Positions 29,141 to 38,780 of a stretch of DNA of 64,000 nucleotides are shown here, piece by piece. Within the stretch, counting starts at the first letter, position 1. The number at the start of each line of letters is the position of its first letter. The DNA lies in the NCBI GenBank assembly GCA_965219415.1, contig CBDCNP010000002.1:128001-192000 (forward strand). Direction: 5' to 3'. The notes below the pieces were generated by a model. It worked only from the letters and a program-made list of their open reading frames with translations, made no database searches and was not told the DNA's origin. The DNA comes from Candidatus Marinacidobacterales bacterium. Lineage in GTDB: Bacteria > Acidobacteriota > Vicinamibacteria > Marinacidobacterales > DATDRI01. The position numbers and the translations under genes are program-made.

Positions 29141-30153
29141 GTGGTAGCCTCGGATACCTTCGCCGACGCCTCGGGCGCACCAATAGACTCCTGCTCAGCG
29201 AGCCAGCGTTCAGAATCGATCGCAGCCATACACCCCGTACCGGCCGCCGTCACCGCCTGACGGTAGGTTGGGTCCATGGCGTCGCCACACGCGAAGACCC
29301 CCTCCAATGACGTGCGCGTCGTGCCCGACTGGACCTTGATGTAGCCGACGTCGTCGAGCTCCACGGCGCCACGCAGGAGTTCAGTGTTCGGCTTGTGACC
29401 GATGGCCACGAACAGCGCCCCAACCGTGAGCTCTGATTCTTCGTTGGTTTTGAGATTCTTGATGCGCAAGCCCGTGACTTCGTTTTCGCCCAAGACTTCG
29501 GTCACCGCGCTGTCCCAAAGAAATTCGATCTTCTCATTGTTCTTGGCGCGTTCTTGCATGATCTTCGACGCGCGAAGTTCGTCGCGGCGATGAATCACTG
29601 TCACCTTGCTGGCGTAGCGGGTAAGGAAAAGTGCTTCTTCCATTGCGGTGTCACCTCCGCCGACCACCGCCATCTCTTTGTTCCGATAGAGGGCGCCATC
29701 ACACGTGGCGCAAGCCGAGACGCCCCTATTCTGAAGGCGCTCTTCGGATTCGAGACCCAGCCACTTCGCCGTCGCCCCAGTGGCGATGATGAGCGCGTCA
29801 CAGGTGAACAGGCCTTCTCCGCTCTCTACACGAAAGGGCCGGCTCTCGACATCACACGATGTCGCGTCGGCGTACAAGACTTCGGTGCCGAAACGCTCGG
29901 CCTGCTTGCGAAAGAGATCCATCATGTCCGGACCGGTAACGCCGTCCGGAAAGCCTGGGTAATTTTCCACGTCGGTCGTCAACACGAGTTGGCCACCGGG
30001 AATGCCAATTTCTTTGTCCATCCCAGAACCGGCGAGCATGACCGGTTTGAGGTCGGCTCGCGACGCGTAGATCGCTGCGGTATAACCCCCCGGGCCACTG
30101 CCCACGATCAAGACACGCACGTGCCTCGCTTCTTTGGAACCCTGCTCACTCAT
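29137..30153 (-). CDS. trxB: Thioredoxin-disulfide reductase
   Basis: GSGPGGYTAAIY, VENYPGF, SACATCDG, GGGDTAMEEA, YRQAVTAAGTGC. Confidence 0.97.
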   Translation of the reverse strand: MSEQGSKEARHVRVLIVGSGPGGYTAAIYASRADLKPVMLAGSGMDKEIGIPGGQLVLTTDVENYPGFPDGVTGPDMMDLFRKQAERFGTEVLYADATSCDVESRPFRVESGEGLFTCDALIIATGATAKWLGLESEERLQNRGVSACATCDGALYRNKEMAVVGGGDTAMEEALFLTRYASKVTVIHRRDELRASKIMQERAKNNEKIEFLWDSAVTEVLGENEVTGLRIKNLKTNEESELTVGALFVAIGHKPNTELLRGAVELDDVGYIKVQSGTTRTSLEGVFACGDAMDPTYRQAVTAAGTGCMAAIDSERWLAEQESIGAPEASAKVSEATT

Positions 30154-30189
30154 GCTTTCCCTAATTTCTCCCGTACTGAGACGCAGCGT

Positions 30190-30519
30190 CTAGTTCAGAT
30201 GTTTGTCAATCAGCTTGGAGAGATTTTCCTTCGAGGTGACACCAACGACTTGCTCGGCGACTTCGCCGTTCTTGAAAATGAGCACGGTCGGGATGCCTCG
30301 AATCTGGTACTTGTCCGAGACCGAGTTGTTCTCGTCGACGTTCAACTTGCCGACCTTGGCCTTGCCTTCGTAATCGGCGGCCAAGGCATCGATGGTAGGA
30401 GCCATCATGCGGCATGGCGCGCACCATTCGGCCCAAAAATCCACCAACACTGGCTTGTCAGAGCCCAAAACCTCACTGTCCCATGTGCTGTCGGTAAAAG
30501 CGGCAACTTTGTCACTCAT
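30190..30519 (-). CDS. trxA: Thioredoxin
   Basis: VDFWAEWCAPCRM, IRGIPT, 109 aa. Confidence 0.96.
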   Translation of the reverse strand: MSDKVAAFTDSTWDSEVLGSDKPVLVDFWAEWCAPCRMMAPTIDALAADYEGKAKVGKLNVDENNSVSDKYQIRGIPTVLIFKNGEVAEQVVGVTSKENLSKLIDKHLN

Positions 30520-30714
30520 CTTCCATACATCCTCGTTCCAACTCGCCGGTTGTGATTAATACAGGATATCGCAAACGCACGATGCAAGTGTGTGAACTCA
30601 TTCACCGAGGTGGTCCTTCGACTCTAGTGCCTAGCCCGGTTCTTCTCAAGCTAACAAACAGCTCTTACGAAGTCAACTCGACGAGCACCGGGCGAAGAGT
30701 GCTATCCTCTTGAA

Positions 30715-31566
30715 ATGATGGGACCTAGCAGCCCGGCTCGTCACTTCCAAGCGAGCCGTTCCCGAGGGCAGAGCTTCCTTCGAGACAAAGGGGTCGTGGC
30801 GCGCATCGTCGAGGCGATCGACCCCCGACCAGACCAGACGTTCCTTGAGATCGGCGCGGGTGCCGGGGAGCTGACCATGCCTCTGGCATCCCGGGGCGCG
30901 GCTCGAGTGCTTGCTGTCGAGACCGACCGCATACTTTACGAGAAACTCGCCTCGACGCTACAAAAGGGTGAGACTTGGAAGGAAATCGAGCTCATCCACG
31001 CCGACTTTCTCAACCTTGATCTGCAGAAATTGTTGTCAGAGCGCGACATTGCGCGGGTGCGGGTGGTCGGAAACCTACCGTTTTCCGTCGCCTCTCCCAT
31101 ACTGCTCAAGCTCCTCGCCCACCGAGAAAAGCTCGTCGACCTCACGCTGATGTTTCAACTCGAGGTTGCACAACGTCTGACGGCGGTGCCGGCCACCAAG
31201 GCCTACGGCTTCCTGACGGTCGTGGCCCAGCAGGCTGCGAAGGCAGAGCTCTTGTTCTCGATCCCGCCCCAGGCCTTCAACCCGCGCCCGAAGGTTCACG
31301 CCGCCATGGTGAGTTTGGTCCCTCTCGGGAAGGATGAGCCACCGGTTGGCGACTACGACGTTTTTCGGGCCGTCGTTCGTGGCCTTTTAAGCCATCGCCG
31401 CAAGAATATCTCCAACAATATCAAATACTTAGGGTCTGGGCGCGTGAATGCGTCCGCGATACAAAGCGGACTCGTCAAGATGGGTATCGACCCCGGCCGC
31501 CGGGCCGAAACCCTTTCAGTAGAGGAATTTGCCACCCTTAGCCAGTTTTGCGCTTCTCCACCATAG
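30715..31566 (+). CDS. rsmA: 16S rRNA (adenine1518/1519-N6)-dimethyltransferase
   Basis: GQSFL, LEIGAGAGELT, VGNLPF, MFQLEVAQR, AFNPRPKV, RRAETLS. Confidence 0.93.
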   Translation: MMGPSSPARHFQASRSRGQSFLRDKGVVARIVEAIDPRPDQTFLEIGAGAGELTMPLASRGAARVLAVETDRILYEKLASTLQKGETWKEIELIHADFLNLDLQKLLSERDIARVRVVGNLPFSVASPILLKLLAHREKLVDLTLMFQLEVAQRLTAVPATKAYGFLTVVAQQAAKAELLFSIPPQAFNPRPKVHAAMVSLVPLGKDEPPVGDYDVFRAVVRGLLSHRRKNISNNIKYLGSGRVNASAIQSGLVKMGIDPGRRAETLSVEEFATLSQFCASPP

Positions 31567-31700
31567 GATGTTCTGCTAGTATTGAAGTGGTTTCTTAGCT
31601 CTAGGCGGCTAACCCCTTATCGCTAAATGGTGTGCTTGGGGGCGCCCCTGGTCGGCTTTAATGGCAATGCCCCATTTGGGCGCTGCTCAGGTGACGATCC

Positions 31701-33368
31701 GTGACTGAATCCGCGCGCCCCCCAGTCGAAATCATCCCCCTGGGCGGGCTAGGCGAGTTCGGCCTCAACATGATGGTCATCAGTATGGGGGACACGTGTT
31801 TCGTGGTGGATGTCGGTGTGATGTTTCCGGACAGCGAATTGCTGGGCGTGGACTTGGTCATTCCTGACATGTCGTACGTCTTCGAGAACCGGGAGCGAGT
31901 CAAGGGTATCTTCTTGACCCATGGGCATGAGGACCACATCGGCGCTCTCCCTTACCTACTGAGCGAGATGCAAGTGCCGGTCTACGGCACGCGGCTGACG
32001 CTCGGCATGTGTCAGAGCCGGCTCGAAGAGCACAAGCTGGCGGATCGGGTTGAGCTCGTAACCGTGGCGCCCGGGGAGAGCCAGACTATCGGACCGTTTC
32101 AGATCGATTTCATACGCGTCTCACACAGCTTGGCAGACAGTATGGCGCTCGCTATCGAGACTCCTTACGGCCGCGTCATCCACACTGGTGACTTCAAGTT
32201 CGATCAGTCTCCGGTCGTCGGTGAGCCTATCGACATGCACCGTTTGGCAGCCTATGGAGAAAAAGGGGTGATGGCGCTGCTCTCCGACTCGACCAACAGC
32301 GAAGTGTCCGGTCACACCGGCTCGGAGAAAGACGTCACCGATGCTTTCGAAGAAATTATCAGCCGAACGCCTTTCCGCGTCTTCGTCGCGTGTTTCACCT
32401 CGAGCACTCACCGGATCCAGCTAGCCATCGACCTGGCCGCGAAATACGGACGCAAGGTTGCGCTGCTCGGGCGGAGCATGTCACAGAACGTGAACACCGC
32501 GATGGATCTCGGCTACATGCGCGTACCGGGCGAACTTCTCATTCGCCCTGCCGACATCCCGAAGATCCCCCGGAACAAACTTCTCGTCCTTACCGCCGGC
32601 AGCCAGGGCGAGCCTTTTTCGGCGCTTTCCCAAATCGCCATCGATAACCACAAACACGCGGCCATCGAACCCGGAGATGCGGTGATCCTTTCGGCACGCG
32701 TCATTCCTGGAAACACCCGTGCGGTCTCTCGAGTTATCAATCACTTGTACCGTCGCGGAGCGGAAGTCATCCAACCCTCCTCGGCCCGTGTACACGTGTC
32801 TGGCCACGGAAGTGCCGAGGAGCTCAAGCTCATGTTGAACTTGGTGCGTCCACGCTACTTCATCCCGATTCACGGCGAGTTTCGGCAATTGGTTTCGCAC
32901 GCCCGCATCGCCGCAGGCCTAGGCCTTCCAAACGAGCGAATTCTCTTGGCCGAGGACGGTGACGTCATCGCCTTCGATGAGCAAGGGGGGCGCATTACTC
33001 GCAAGGAGGAAACGGGCAGGGTTTTCGTCGACGGAAGCGGGCTCGGCGATGTCGGCGATATCGTCCTCCGGGATCGGCAACATCTGTCTGAAGGAGGCAT
33101 CGTCATTCCCGTAGTTTCCATCAACAAACAAACCGGTCGGGTCGAGACCCCGCCGGAGATCATCACCCGCGGTTTTCTGGCGGGAGAAGATGACTCGCTC
33201 CTCGACGAGGTCAGGGATTTGGTTATCGCAACGGTAGAAGACTCCCCCCCCGAAGAGGTCGCGGACTGGGGCCTCATTAAGGACAAGATTCAAACCGCGC
33301 TCCGACGGTTCTTCCGGAAGCGCACGCAGCGTCGCCCGATGATCCTTCCGGTGGTGATGGAGGGTTAG
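31701..33368 (+). CDS. rnj: Ribonuclease J
   Basis: PLGGLGEFG, THGHEDHIG, HTGDFKFD, GSQGEP, HVSGH, IPIHGE. Confidence 0.97.
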   Translation: MTESARPPVEIIPLGGLGEFGLNMMVISMGDTCFVVDVGVMFPDSELLGVDLVIPDMSYVFENRERVKGIFLTHGHEDHIGALPYLLSEMQVPVYGTRLTLGMCQSRLEEHKLADRVELVTVAPGESQTIGPFQIDFIRVSHSLADSMALAIETPYGRVIHTGDFKFDQSPVVGEPIDMHRLAAYGEKGVMALLSDSTNSEVSGHTGSEKDVTDAFEEIISRTPFRVFVACFTSSTHRIQLAIDLAAKYGRKVALLGRSMSQNVNTAMDLGYMRVPGELLIRPADIPKIPRNKLLVLTAGSQGEPFSALSQIAIDNHKHAAIEPGDAVILSARVIPGNTRAVSRVINHLYRRGAEVIQPSSARVHVSGHGSAEELKLMLNLVRPRYFIPIHGEFRQLVSHARIAAGLGLPNERILLAEDGDVIAFDEQGGRITRKEETGRVFVDGSGLGDVGDIVLRDRQHLSEGGIVIPVVSINKQTGRVETPPEIITRGFLAGEDDSLLDEVRDLVIATVEDSPPEEVADWGLIKDKIQTALRRFFRKRTQRRPMILPVVMEG

Positions 33369-33369
33369 C

Positions 33370-34167
33370 TTGAGCCTCTACACCGCCATTTTGCTCGGGC
33401 TTATTCAGGGACTCACCGAGTTCCTCCCCATTTCCAGCTCAGGCCATCTTGCTGTTGCGCAGCACTTCGTACAGGGTTTCAGCCAGCCGGTGATTTTTGA
33501 TATCGTGTTGCATCTGGGAACACTACTCGCGGTACTGATTTACTTCCGGAGGGAGGTTGCTCTGCTCGTGCGGTCTCTCGCCCCGGGCGACAGCGGCACC
33601 GTGTGGCGCCGCCTGTGGATCATGCTGATAGTGGGGACGACACCCGCGGTCATGGTGGGCTTCCTACTGGGCGGCTTAGTGGAGCGAAGTTTCGAGCAAC
33701 TTTGGGTTGTGGGTCTCGGCCTCATCGTAACCGGAACGCTCCTGCTCAGCTCCCGGGCGCTTACGCGCGAGGGGCGGGACCTCGCCCAACTCGACGTCCG
33801 GGACGCGCTGACGGTCGGTTTGTTTCAAGGCGCTGCGTTGTTGCCGGGAATCTCTCGCTCCGGTTCGACGATCGTTGGAGGGTTGATGCGGGGCCTCTCC
33901 CATGACGCGGCGGCACGGTTTTCCTTTCTTCTTTCCATACCCGCGATACTCGGGGCGGCGGTCTTGAAACTTCCCGGAGCGCGCCTGGCCGAGGCGGGAG
34001 CGGTGGCCGGTTATGTCGCCGGTTTTGCCACTGCCTTCGTGGTCGGCTACATTTGCATCGGCGTCGTCTTGCGGCTTTTAGCAGTCAAGCGTTTCCATCT
34101 CTTGGGCTACTACTGCTTGACGGCAGGAGGGGCGATTCTTGTCTACGTCGCGTTCACTCTATCGTAA
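33370..34167 (+). CDS. uppP: Undecaprenyl-diphosphatase
   Basis: QGLTEFLPISSSGH, PGISRSGSTI, AARFSFLLSIP. Confidence 0.96.
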   Translation: MSLYTAILLGLIQGLTEFLPISSSGHLAVAQHFVQGFSQPVIFDIVLHLGTLLAVLIYFRREVALLVRSLAPGDSGTVWRRLWIMLIVGTTPAVMVGFLLGGLVERSFEQLWVVGLGLIVTGTLLLSSRALTREGRDLAQLDVRDALTVGLFQGAALLPGISRSGSTIVGGLMRGLSHDAAARFSFLLSIPAILGAAVLKLPGARLAEAGAVAGYVAGFATAFVVGYICIGVVLRLLAVKRFHLLGYYCLTAGGAILVYVAFTLS

Positions 34168-36394
34168 AGCAGCCGAAATAGAGCGTTCGGCACACCGCGA
34201 ACGTCTTTCGGAAGTCGTTGGGGTTGGCCTGCTCGCCCTTTCATTGATGGTGATGGTCAGCCTCATGTCGTACTCCCCGGGAGATCCCGCGTGGTACTTC
34301 AAGGAGACTTCCCGGCTTGCGACCGAGAACTTGATCGGACCGGCCGGAGCGTTCTTATCGGAAGCGCTCTTTCAACTGCTGGGTCTTGCCGCCTATAGTG
34401 TGGTGGTACTCTTGGCCGTGACGGGGTGGAACAGGTTCTGGTGCCACAAGACCGACGCGGGCTGGTCGAAGAACGTCGGACTGGTGAGCACGGTGCTGAG
34501 CCTCGCGGGTCTTCTCGCCCTCTCGCTCCAGGAGGTGCCTCTCAAAGGCGTCCTTATGCCAGCCGGGGGTGCGATCGGACATCTCCTGGCGGCCTACCTC
34601 TCGTATGGGCTCGGTGAAGCCGGTGCGTTCATTCTTCTCGTCACGACACTCTTCGCCGCGATCATGGTGGCCACTCGTTGGTCGCTCAGTCAGGGTGTGA
34701 AGCGTTTATCCACATGGCAGCACGCCAAAGCGGCGGACTTGATCACCGCGTTCGCCCATTTTCGTGAGCGCCGACGCAAGGAGAAACTTCGCGATCGGGT
34801 CGTCAAAAAACATGCTCGGCGCGTTGTCGATACCGCGAAGAGCAAAGCCAAGCTCAAAGACGATGCGGTCGCTCGCGTCGAACAAACCAAGGCCAAGCCG
34901 AACAAACAAGAGATGCTGCCCTTCACGCCCAAGAAGGGTCGTTGGAGCATGCCTCCGTTTACGATCCTCGAGGCGCGTCCAGAAGAAGAAAAGCTGGATG
35001 ACAAGGAGCTCATGGAGCGGGCGAAACTACTCCAAGAGCGTTGTCGCGAGTTCTCCGTCGACGGACAAGTCCTTCAGATACATCCCGGCCCGGTCGTCAC
35101 GACGTTCGAGTTCAAACCGGACGCCGGGATCAAGTACAACAAGATCACCGCCCTCGCCGATGACCTCTGCCTCGCGCTGCAAGCCGAGTCGGTCCGCATC
35201 GATCGCATCTCTGGAAAATCTACGGTCGGAATCGAGATCCCCAACCCCAATCGGGAGGTCATCGGTCTGCGAGAACTTCTGGAGTCCGAGGTCTTTCAGT
35301 CGAGCGCTTCACGCCTCACGGTTGCGCTGGGCAAGGGAATCGACGGAGCCTCCAACGTCACTGATCTCACTCGCATGCCACATCTTCTCATCGCCGGGGC
35401 AACCGGCAGTGGCAAGTCGATCCTGCTGAACGCCTTGATCTGCTCGGTCCTCTACAAATCGACGCCGGACGAGGTGAAGTTGATCTTGATCGATCCTAAA
35501 CGGCTCGAGCTGGGGTCGTACCAGGATATCCCCCATTTGCTGACTCCCGTGGTGACCGATCCCAAGCAAGCCAGTGAGGTCCTCAAGTGGGCCGTCTTCG
35601 AAATGGAAAATCGGATCAAGATGCTCGCCTCGGAAGGCGTGCGAAACATCGACCAATACAACAATATCCTGAAGGGAGCCATCGAGGCCGGCGAGATCAA
35701 GGAAGACCAGGACGGTGACCCGCTTCGCCCACTGCCCTACATAATGCTGATCATCGATGAGCTGGCCGACCTCATGATGGTCTCGTCTTCGGACGTGGAA
35801 GACTCCATCACCCGTCTCGCTCAGATGGCGCGGGCGGTTGGGATCCACCTGGTATTGGCCACGCAGCGTCCTTCGGTGGACGTGATTACCGGAATCATTA
35901 AAGCCAACTTCCCGTCTCGGATCGCCTTCCGGATGCCTTCACGAGTCGACTCACGGACGATTCTCGATGCCAATGGCGCCGAGCAGCTTCTCGGAAAGGG
36001 CGACTTGCTCTTCTTGCCCCCCGGCTCGGCCCGCCTGAGTCGTCTGCACGGCGCGTACGTATCGGAGGCCGAGGTCGGTCGACTCGTCTCCTTCTGGAGA
36101 AAAGCAGGCAAGCCCGAGTACAATCTCACCATATTGCAGGAACAGGAAAGGGCCGCGCTGGGCGACAGCCAGAGAGACGAGCTCTTCGATCAGGCGGCTA
36201 GGCTGGTCGTAGACTCCGGCGTCGCCTCGGTATCCCACCTGCAACGTAGGCTTCGGCTGGGCTACAGCCGGGCAGCTCGAATCGTCGATATGCTCGAAGC
36301 GGACGGGATCGTGGGCCCGCCCGAAGGGTCGAAAGCACGGGAGATCTTGGTTCCCAAGGATTACTTCGATGAGGTGGATCGACAACTCCGCTAG
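34139..36394 (+). CDS. ftsK: DNA translocase FtsK/SpoIIIE
   Basis: 4TM N-domain, GPVVT, MPHLLIAGATGSGKS, IIDELADLM, ATQRPSVDV, gamma domain LQRRLRLGYSRAAR. Confidence 0.97.
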   Translation: MSTSRSLYRKAAEIERSAHRERLSEVVGVGLLALSLMVMVSLMSYSPGDPAWYFKETSRLATENLIGPAGAFLSEALFQLLGLAAYSVVVLLAVTGWNRFWCHKTDAGWSKNVGLVSTVLSLAGLLALSLQEVPLKGVLMPAGGAIGHLLAAYLSYGLGEAGAFILLVTTLFAAIMVATRWSLSQGVKRLSTWQHAKAADLITAFAHFRERRRKEKLRDRVVKKHARRVVDTAKSKAKLKDDAVARVEQTKAKPNKQEMLPFTPKKGRWSMPPFTILEARPEEEKLDDKELMERAKLLQERCREFSVDGQVLQIHPGPVVTTFEFKPDAGIKYNKITALADDLCLALQAESVRIDRISGKSTVGIEIPNPNREVIGLRELLESEVFQSSASRLTVALGKGIDGASNVTDLTRMPHLLIAGATGSGKSILLNALICSVLYKSTPDEVKLILIDPKRLELGSYQDIPHLLTPVVTDPKQASEVLKWAVFEMENRIKMLASEGVRNIDQYNNILKGAIEAGEIKEDQDGDPLRPLPYIMLIIDELADLMMVSSSDVEDSITRLAQMARAVGIHLVLATQRPSVDVITGIIKANFPSRIAFRMPSRVDSRTILDANGAEQLLGKGDLLFLPPGSARLSRLHGAYVSEAEVGRLVSFWRKAGKPEYNLTILQEQERAALGDSQRDELFDQAARLVVDSGVASVSHLQRRLRLGYSRAARIVDMLEADGIVGPPEGSKAREILVPKDYFDEVDRQLR

Positions 36395-38216
36395 ACACAC
36401 CCTGATCATCGCCGTCGTTCTCCTGATCGTAGTGTCTGTTGTTGGCGCCTTACCGGCAACGGCCACCGCCGAGAAGTCCGCCGGCAGCCTCTACGACGAA
36501 GCTGTCGCCGCAGAAAAGAAGCTCGCCTCTTCCAAGAGCCTGCAAGGGCAAAAAGATGTCTGGCTCAGGGTCGCGCGACGGTACCACCAAGTAGTACTGA
36601 CCCACCCACGCAGCGGCTATTGTGACGATGCGCTCTACCGCGAGGGCGAGCTCTATCGAAAAGCTGGCAGCCGTTTTCGAGATCGAGATGCTACGCGCCG
36701 GGCCTTGGATGCCTACCTTCTTTTGGTAGACGGCTACCCCAAGAGCAAATGGTGCCCCGCGGCGCGACTGGCGCGCGCCGACATCTATCTCAATCAGCTC
36801 TCGAACGAGAAGGCGGCCCGCAAAGAGATTGGGGAGGTTCTCGATGAGTGGCCGAAGAGCAACGAGGCCGCGGAAGCCAGGCGCATCTTGGCCAAGCTCG
36901 ACAAGAAAAATGCGCCTCCCACCAAACGTGCGTCCGGCTCGGGCCGCGTCGAAGTTCGGAACATCCGGCAATGGTCGGGAAAGGAATATACCCGGATCGT
37001 CATCGACACTTCCGACGAAGTGAAGTTCAAGCGCGCGCGTCTGACTAATCCCGACCGAATCTACTTCGACCTCTTGAATACTCGCCTATCCGAGAGCCTC
37101 GCTTCCGAGACGTTTCCAGTGGGAGACGGTTTCCTTCAACGGATTCGTGTCGGACAGAACAAGCCAGACGTGGTTCGCGTGGTCTTGGACTTCGAAAGCA
37201 TCAGCCGCTACAACGCCTTCTCGCTTCCGGACCCCCATCGTCTGGTGGTCGATATCTTGGGGATGAAGCCCGAGAGGCCTGCGAAAGCCGCGCCCACTCC
37301 GACCGTGGCCTCCAAACCACCAGCGCCGTCCCCGACTTCGACCGGCCGCGAGACTGCCGAGGCTAGCGATACTTCCAAGGAGTCGATAGCCGTCGCCGCC
37401 GACGCGACGCCGCCCGAAACCACCACTCTACCGTTACCGCCGCAGCCAACCTCCGAGGGTCGCTTTCCCCTATCGAGGCAATTGGGACTCGAGGCGCGGA
37501 GGGTGATCATCGATCCGGGTCACGGCGGGCGCGACCCGGGCGCGATGAAAAACGGCTTGCGCGAAAAAGAGCTCGTATTAGACATCTCCCGCCGAGTCGC
37601 TAAGTTCTTGGAAGCGGACGGGAGCTACGAAGTGATCTTGACGCGCAACACCGACGTCTTCGTTCCCCTCGAGGAGCGTACGGCGATCGCCAACTCCCGC
37701 GGGGCTGACCTCTTCATCTCCATACACGCGAACTCCAGCCGGAACCGCCGGGCTCGAGGCCTAGAAACCTACTATCTCAACCTCGCGACTTCCCCCGAGG
37801 CCGAAGAAACTGCGGCGCGCGAGAACGCCATCAGCACCCGACGGATGACGGAGCTCCAAGAGCTCTTGAGTCGGATCATGAACAACAGCAAGATCGCGGA
37901 GTCGAGGGAGTTCGCCCACTACGTTCAGGATTCAATGGTGGACAACGTGGTGAAGAACGGAAAACAGCGAACGCGCGACTTGGGGGTCAAGACCGCGCCG
38001 TTTTACGTCTTGCTCGGCGCCAACATGCCTAGCGTGCTGGTAGAGGTATCCTTCGTCTCCAACCCGGATGACGCGAAGCTGCTGTCATCGGGTGACTTTC
38101 GACACCAGATCGCGGAGTCGATCGTAAAGGGAATCCGCGGCTATACGACGTCGCTGAAGGGGGTAGCTCACGTTTCAGCGACCCCACCCACCGAAAGTTT
38201 CGCCCAACCCCGCTAG
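36369..38216 (+). CDS. N-acetylmuramoyl-L-alanine amidase (TPR + AMIN + Amidase_3)
   Basis: Signal peptide, TPR region, AMIN (YTRIVID, PDRIYFD, VRVVLD), IIDPGHGGRDPG, ISIHANS, LVEVSF. Confidence 0.93.
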   Translation: MRWIDNSARHTLIIAVVLLIVVSVVGALPATATAEKSAGSLYDEAVAAEKKLASSKSLQGQKDVWLRVARRYHQVVLTHPRSGYCDDALYREGELYRKAGSRFRDRDATRRALDAYLLLVDGYPKSKWCPAARLARADIYLNQLSNEKAARKEIGEVLDEWPKSNEAAEARRILAKLDKKNAPPTKRASGSGRVEVRNIRQWSGKEYTRIVIDTSDEVKFKRARLTNPDRIYFDLLNTRLSESLASETFPVGDGFLQRIRVGQNKPDVVRVVLDFESISRYNAFSLPDPHRLVVDILGMKPERPAKAAPTPTVASKPPAPSPTSTGRETAEASDTSKESIAVAADATPPETTTLPLPPQPTSEGRFPLSRQLGLEARRVIIDPGHGGRDPGAMKNGLREKELVLDISRRVAKFLEADGSYEVILTRNTDVFVPLEERTAIANSRGADLFISIHANSSRNRRARGLETYYLNLATSPEAEETAARENAISTRRMTELQELLSRIMNNSKIAESREFAHYVQDSMVDNVVKNGKQRTRDLGVKTAPFYVLLGANMPSVLVEVSFVSNPDDAKLLSSGDFRHQIAESIVKGIRGYTTSLKGVAHVSATPPTESFAQPR

Positions 38217-38219
38217 CAA

Positions 38220-38465
38220 TCAAGCCATCAACTTGAGAGCGATGTACGGCACGAGATTGAGTACGAGGATTGCGATTTTGTATTGCCCTAGATACTGAAA
38301 ATATGCGCGTGACATATCTTCGTCGCTTAACTCGAACATTTTCCCATGAATTTTTGACATTCCACCGCGCACGAAGGCTAGCATCATCGTTGCAACGAGC
38401 AGCATTCCGAAGTTGATGGCAGTGCACCATCCCAAAAATGCGGTGAGTGTTTCCAAAAAGTTCAT
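38220..38465 (-). CDS. Small membrane protein (DUF6868-like)
   Basis: MNFLETLTAFLGWCTAINFGMLL...HGKMF...YLGQYKIAILVLNLVPYIAL. Confidence 0.7.
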   Translation of the reverse strand: MNFLETLTAFLGWCTAINFGMLLVATMMLAFVRGGMSKIHGKMFELSDEDMSRAYFQYLGQYKIAILVLNLVPYIALKLMA

Positions 38466-38593
38466 TCTAGATTTCCTCCGTCCGCAATGTACCACCAAAA
38501 CCGCGCCGAAATCTCGTCCGGACGAGCAAGGCCGCCGGCTGAGGCCGGCCCTATCAGGCGAGAAACTACCTGAGCTTGATAAAAGGGTTGTCG

Positions 38594-38754
38594 GTGAAGG
38601 CCCCGGCAGCTAAACCCCGTAGCACCACTGGTGCACTAATGCCCCAGGACGAGCTTGGGTCCGATCCGGCTCCCTATCATTGGCGAGGCTTTGAACGGAA
38701 GCACTCCCCAGGGTCAGAATCCTAACAATCGCCATCTCGGGCCGGAGCCTTCAC
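38594..38754 (+). ncRNA. Putative IS110 bridge RNA
   Basis: Closed by a 14-bp stem (GTGAAGGCCCCGGC / GCCGGAGCCTTCAC). Contains CCCTATCA (= left target flank), GGGTCAG (= element right end) and TCGCC (complement of the core/left-end junction). Confidence 0.7.
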
Positions 38755-38780
38755 TCACAAAAATACATGTGAGGTCAGTG

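Noticed and set aside
38655-38780. N-terminal extension of the IS110 ORF from TTG 38655
   Set aside because: It overlaps the structured non-coding end; RBS and domain start favour ATG 38781.
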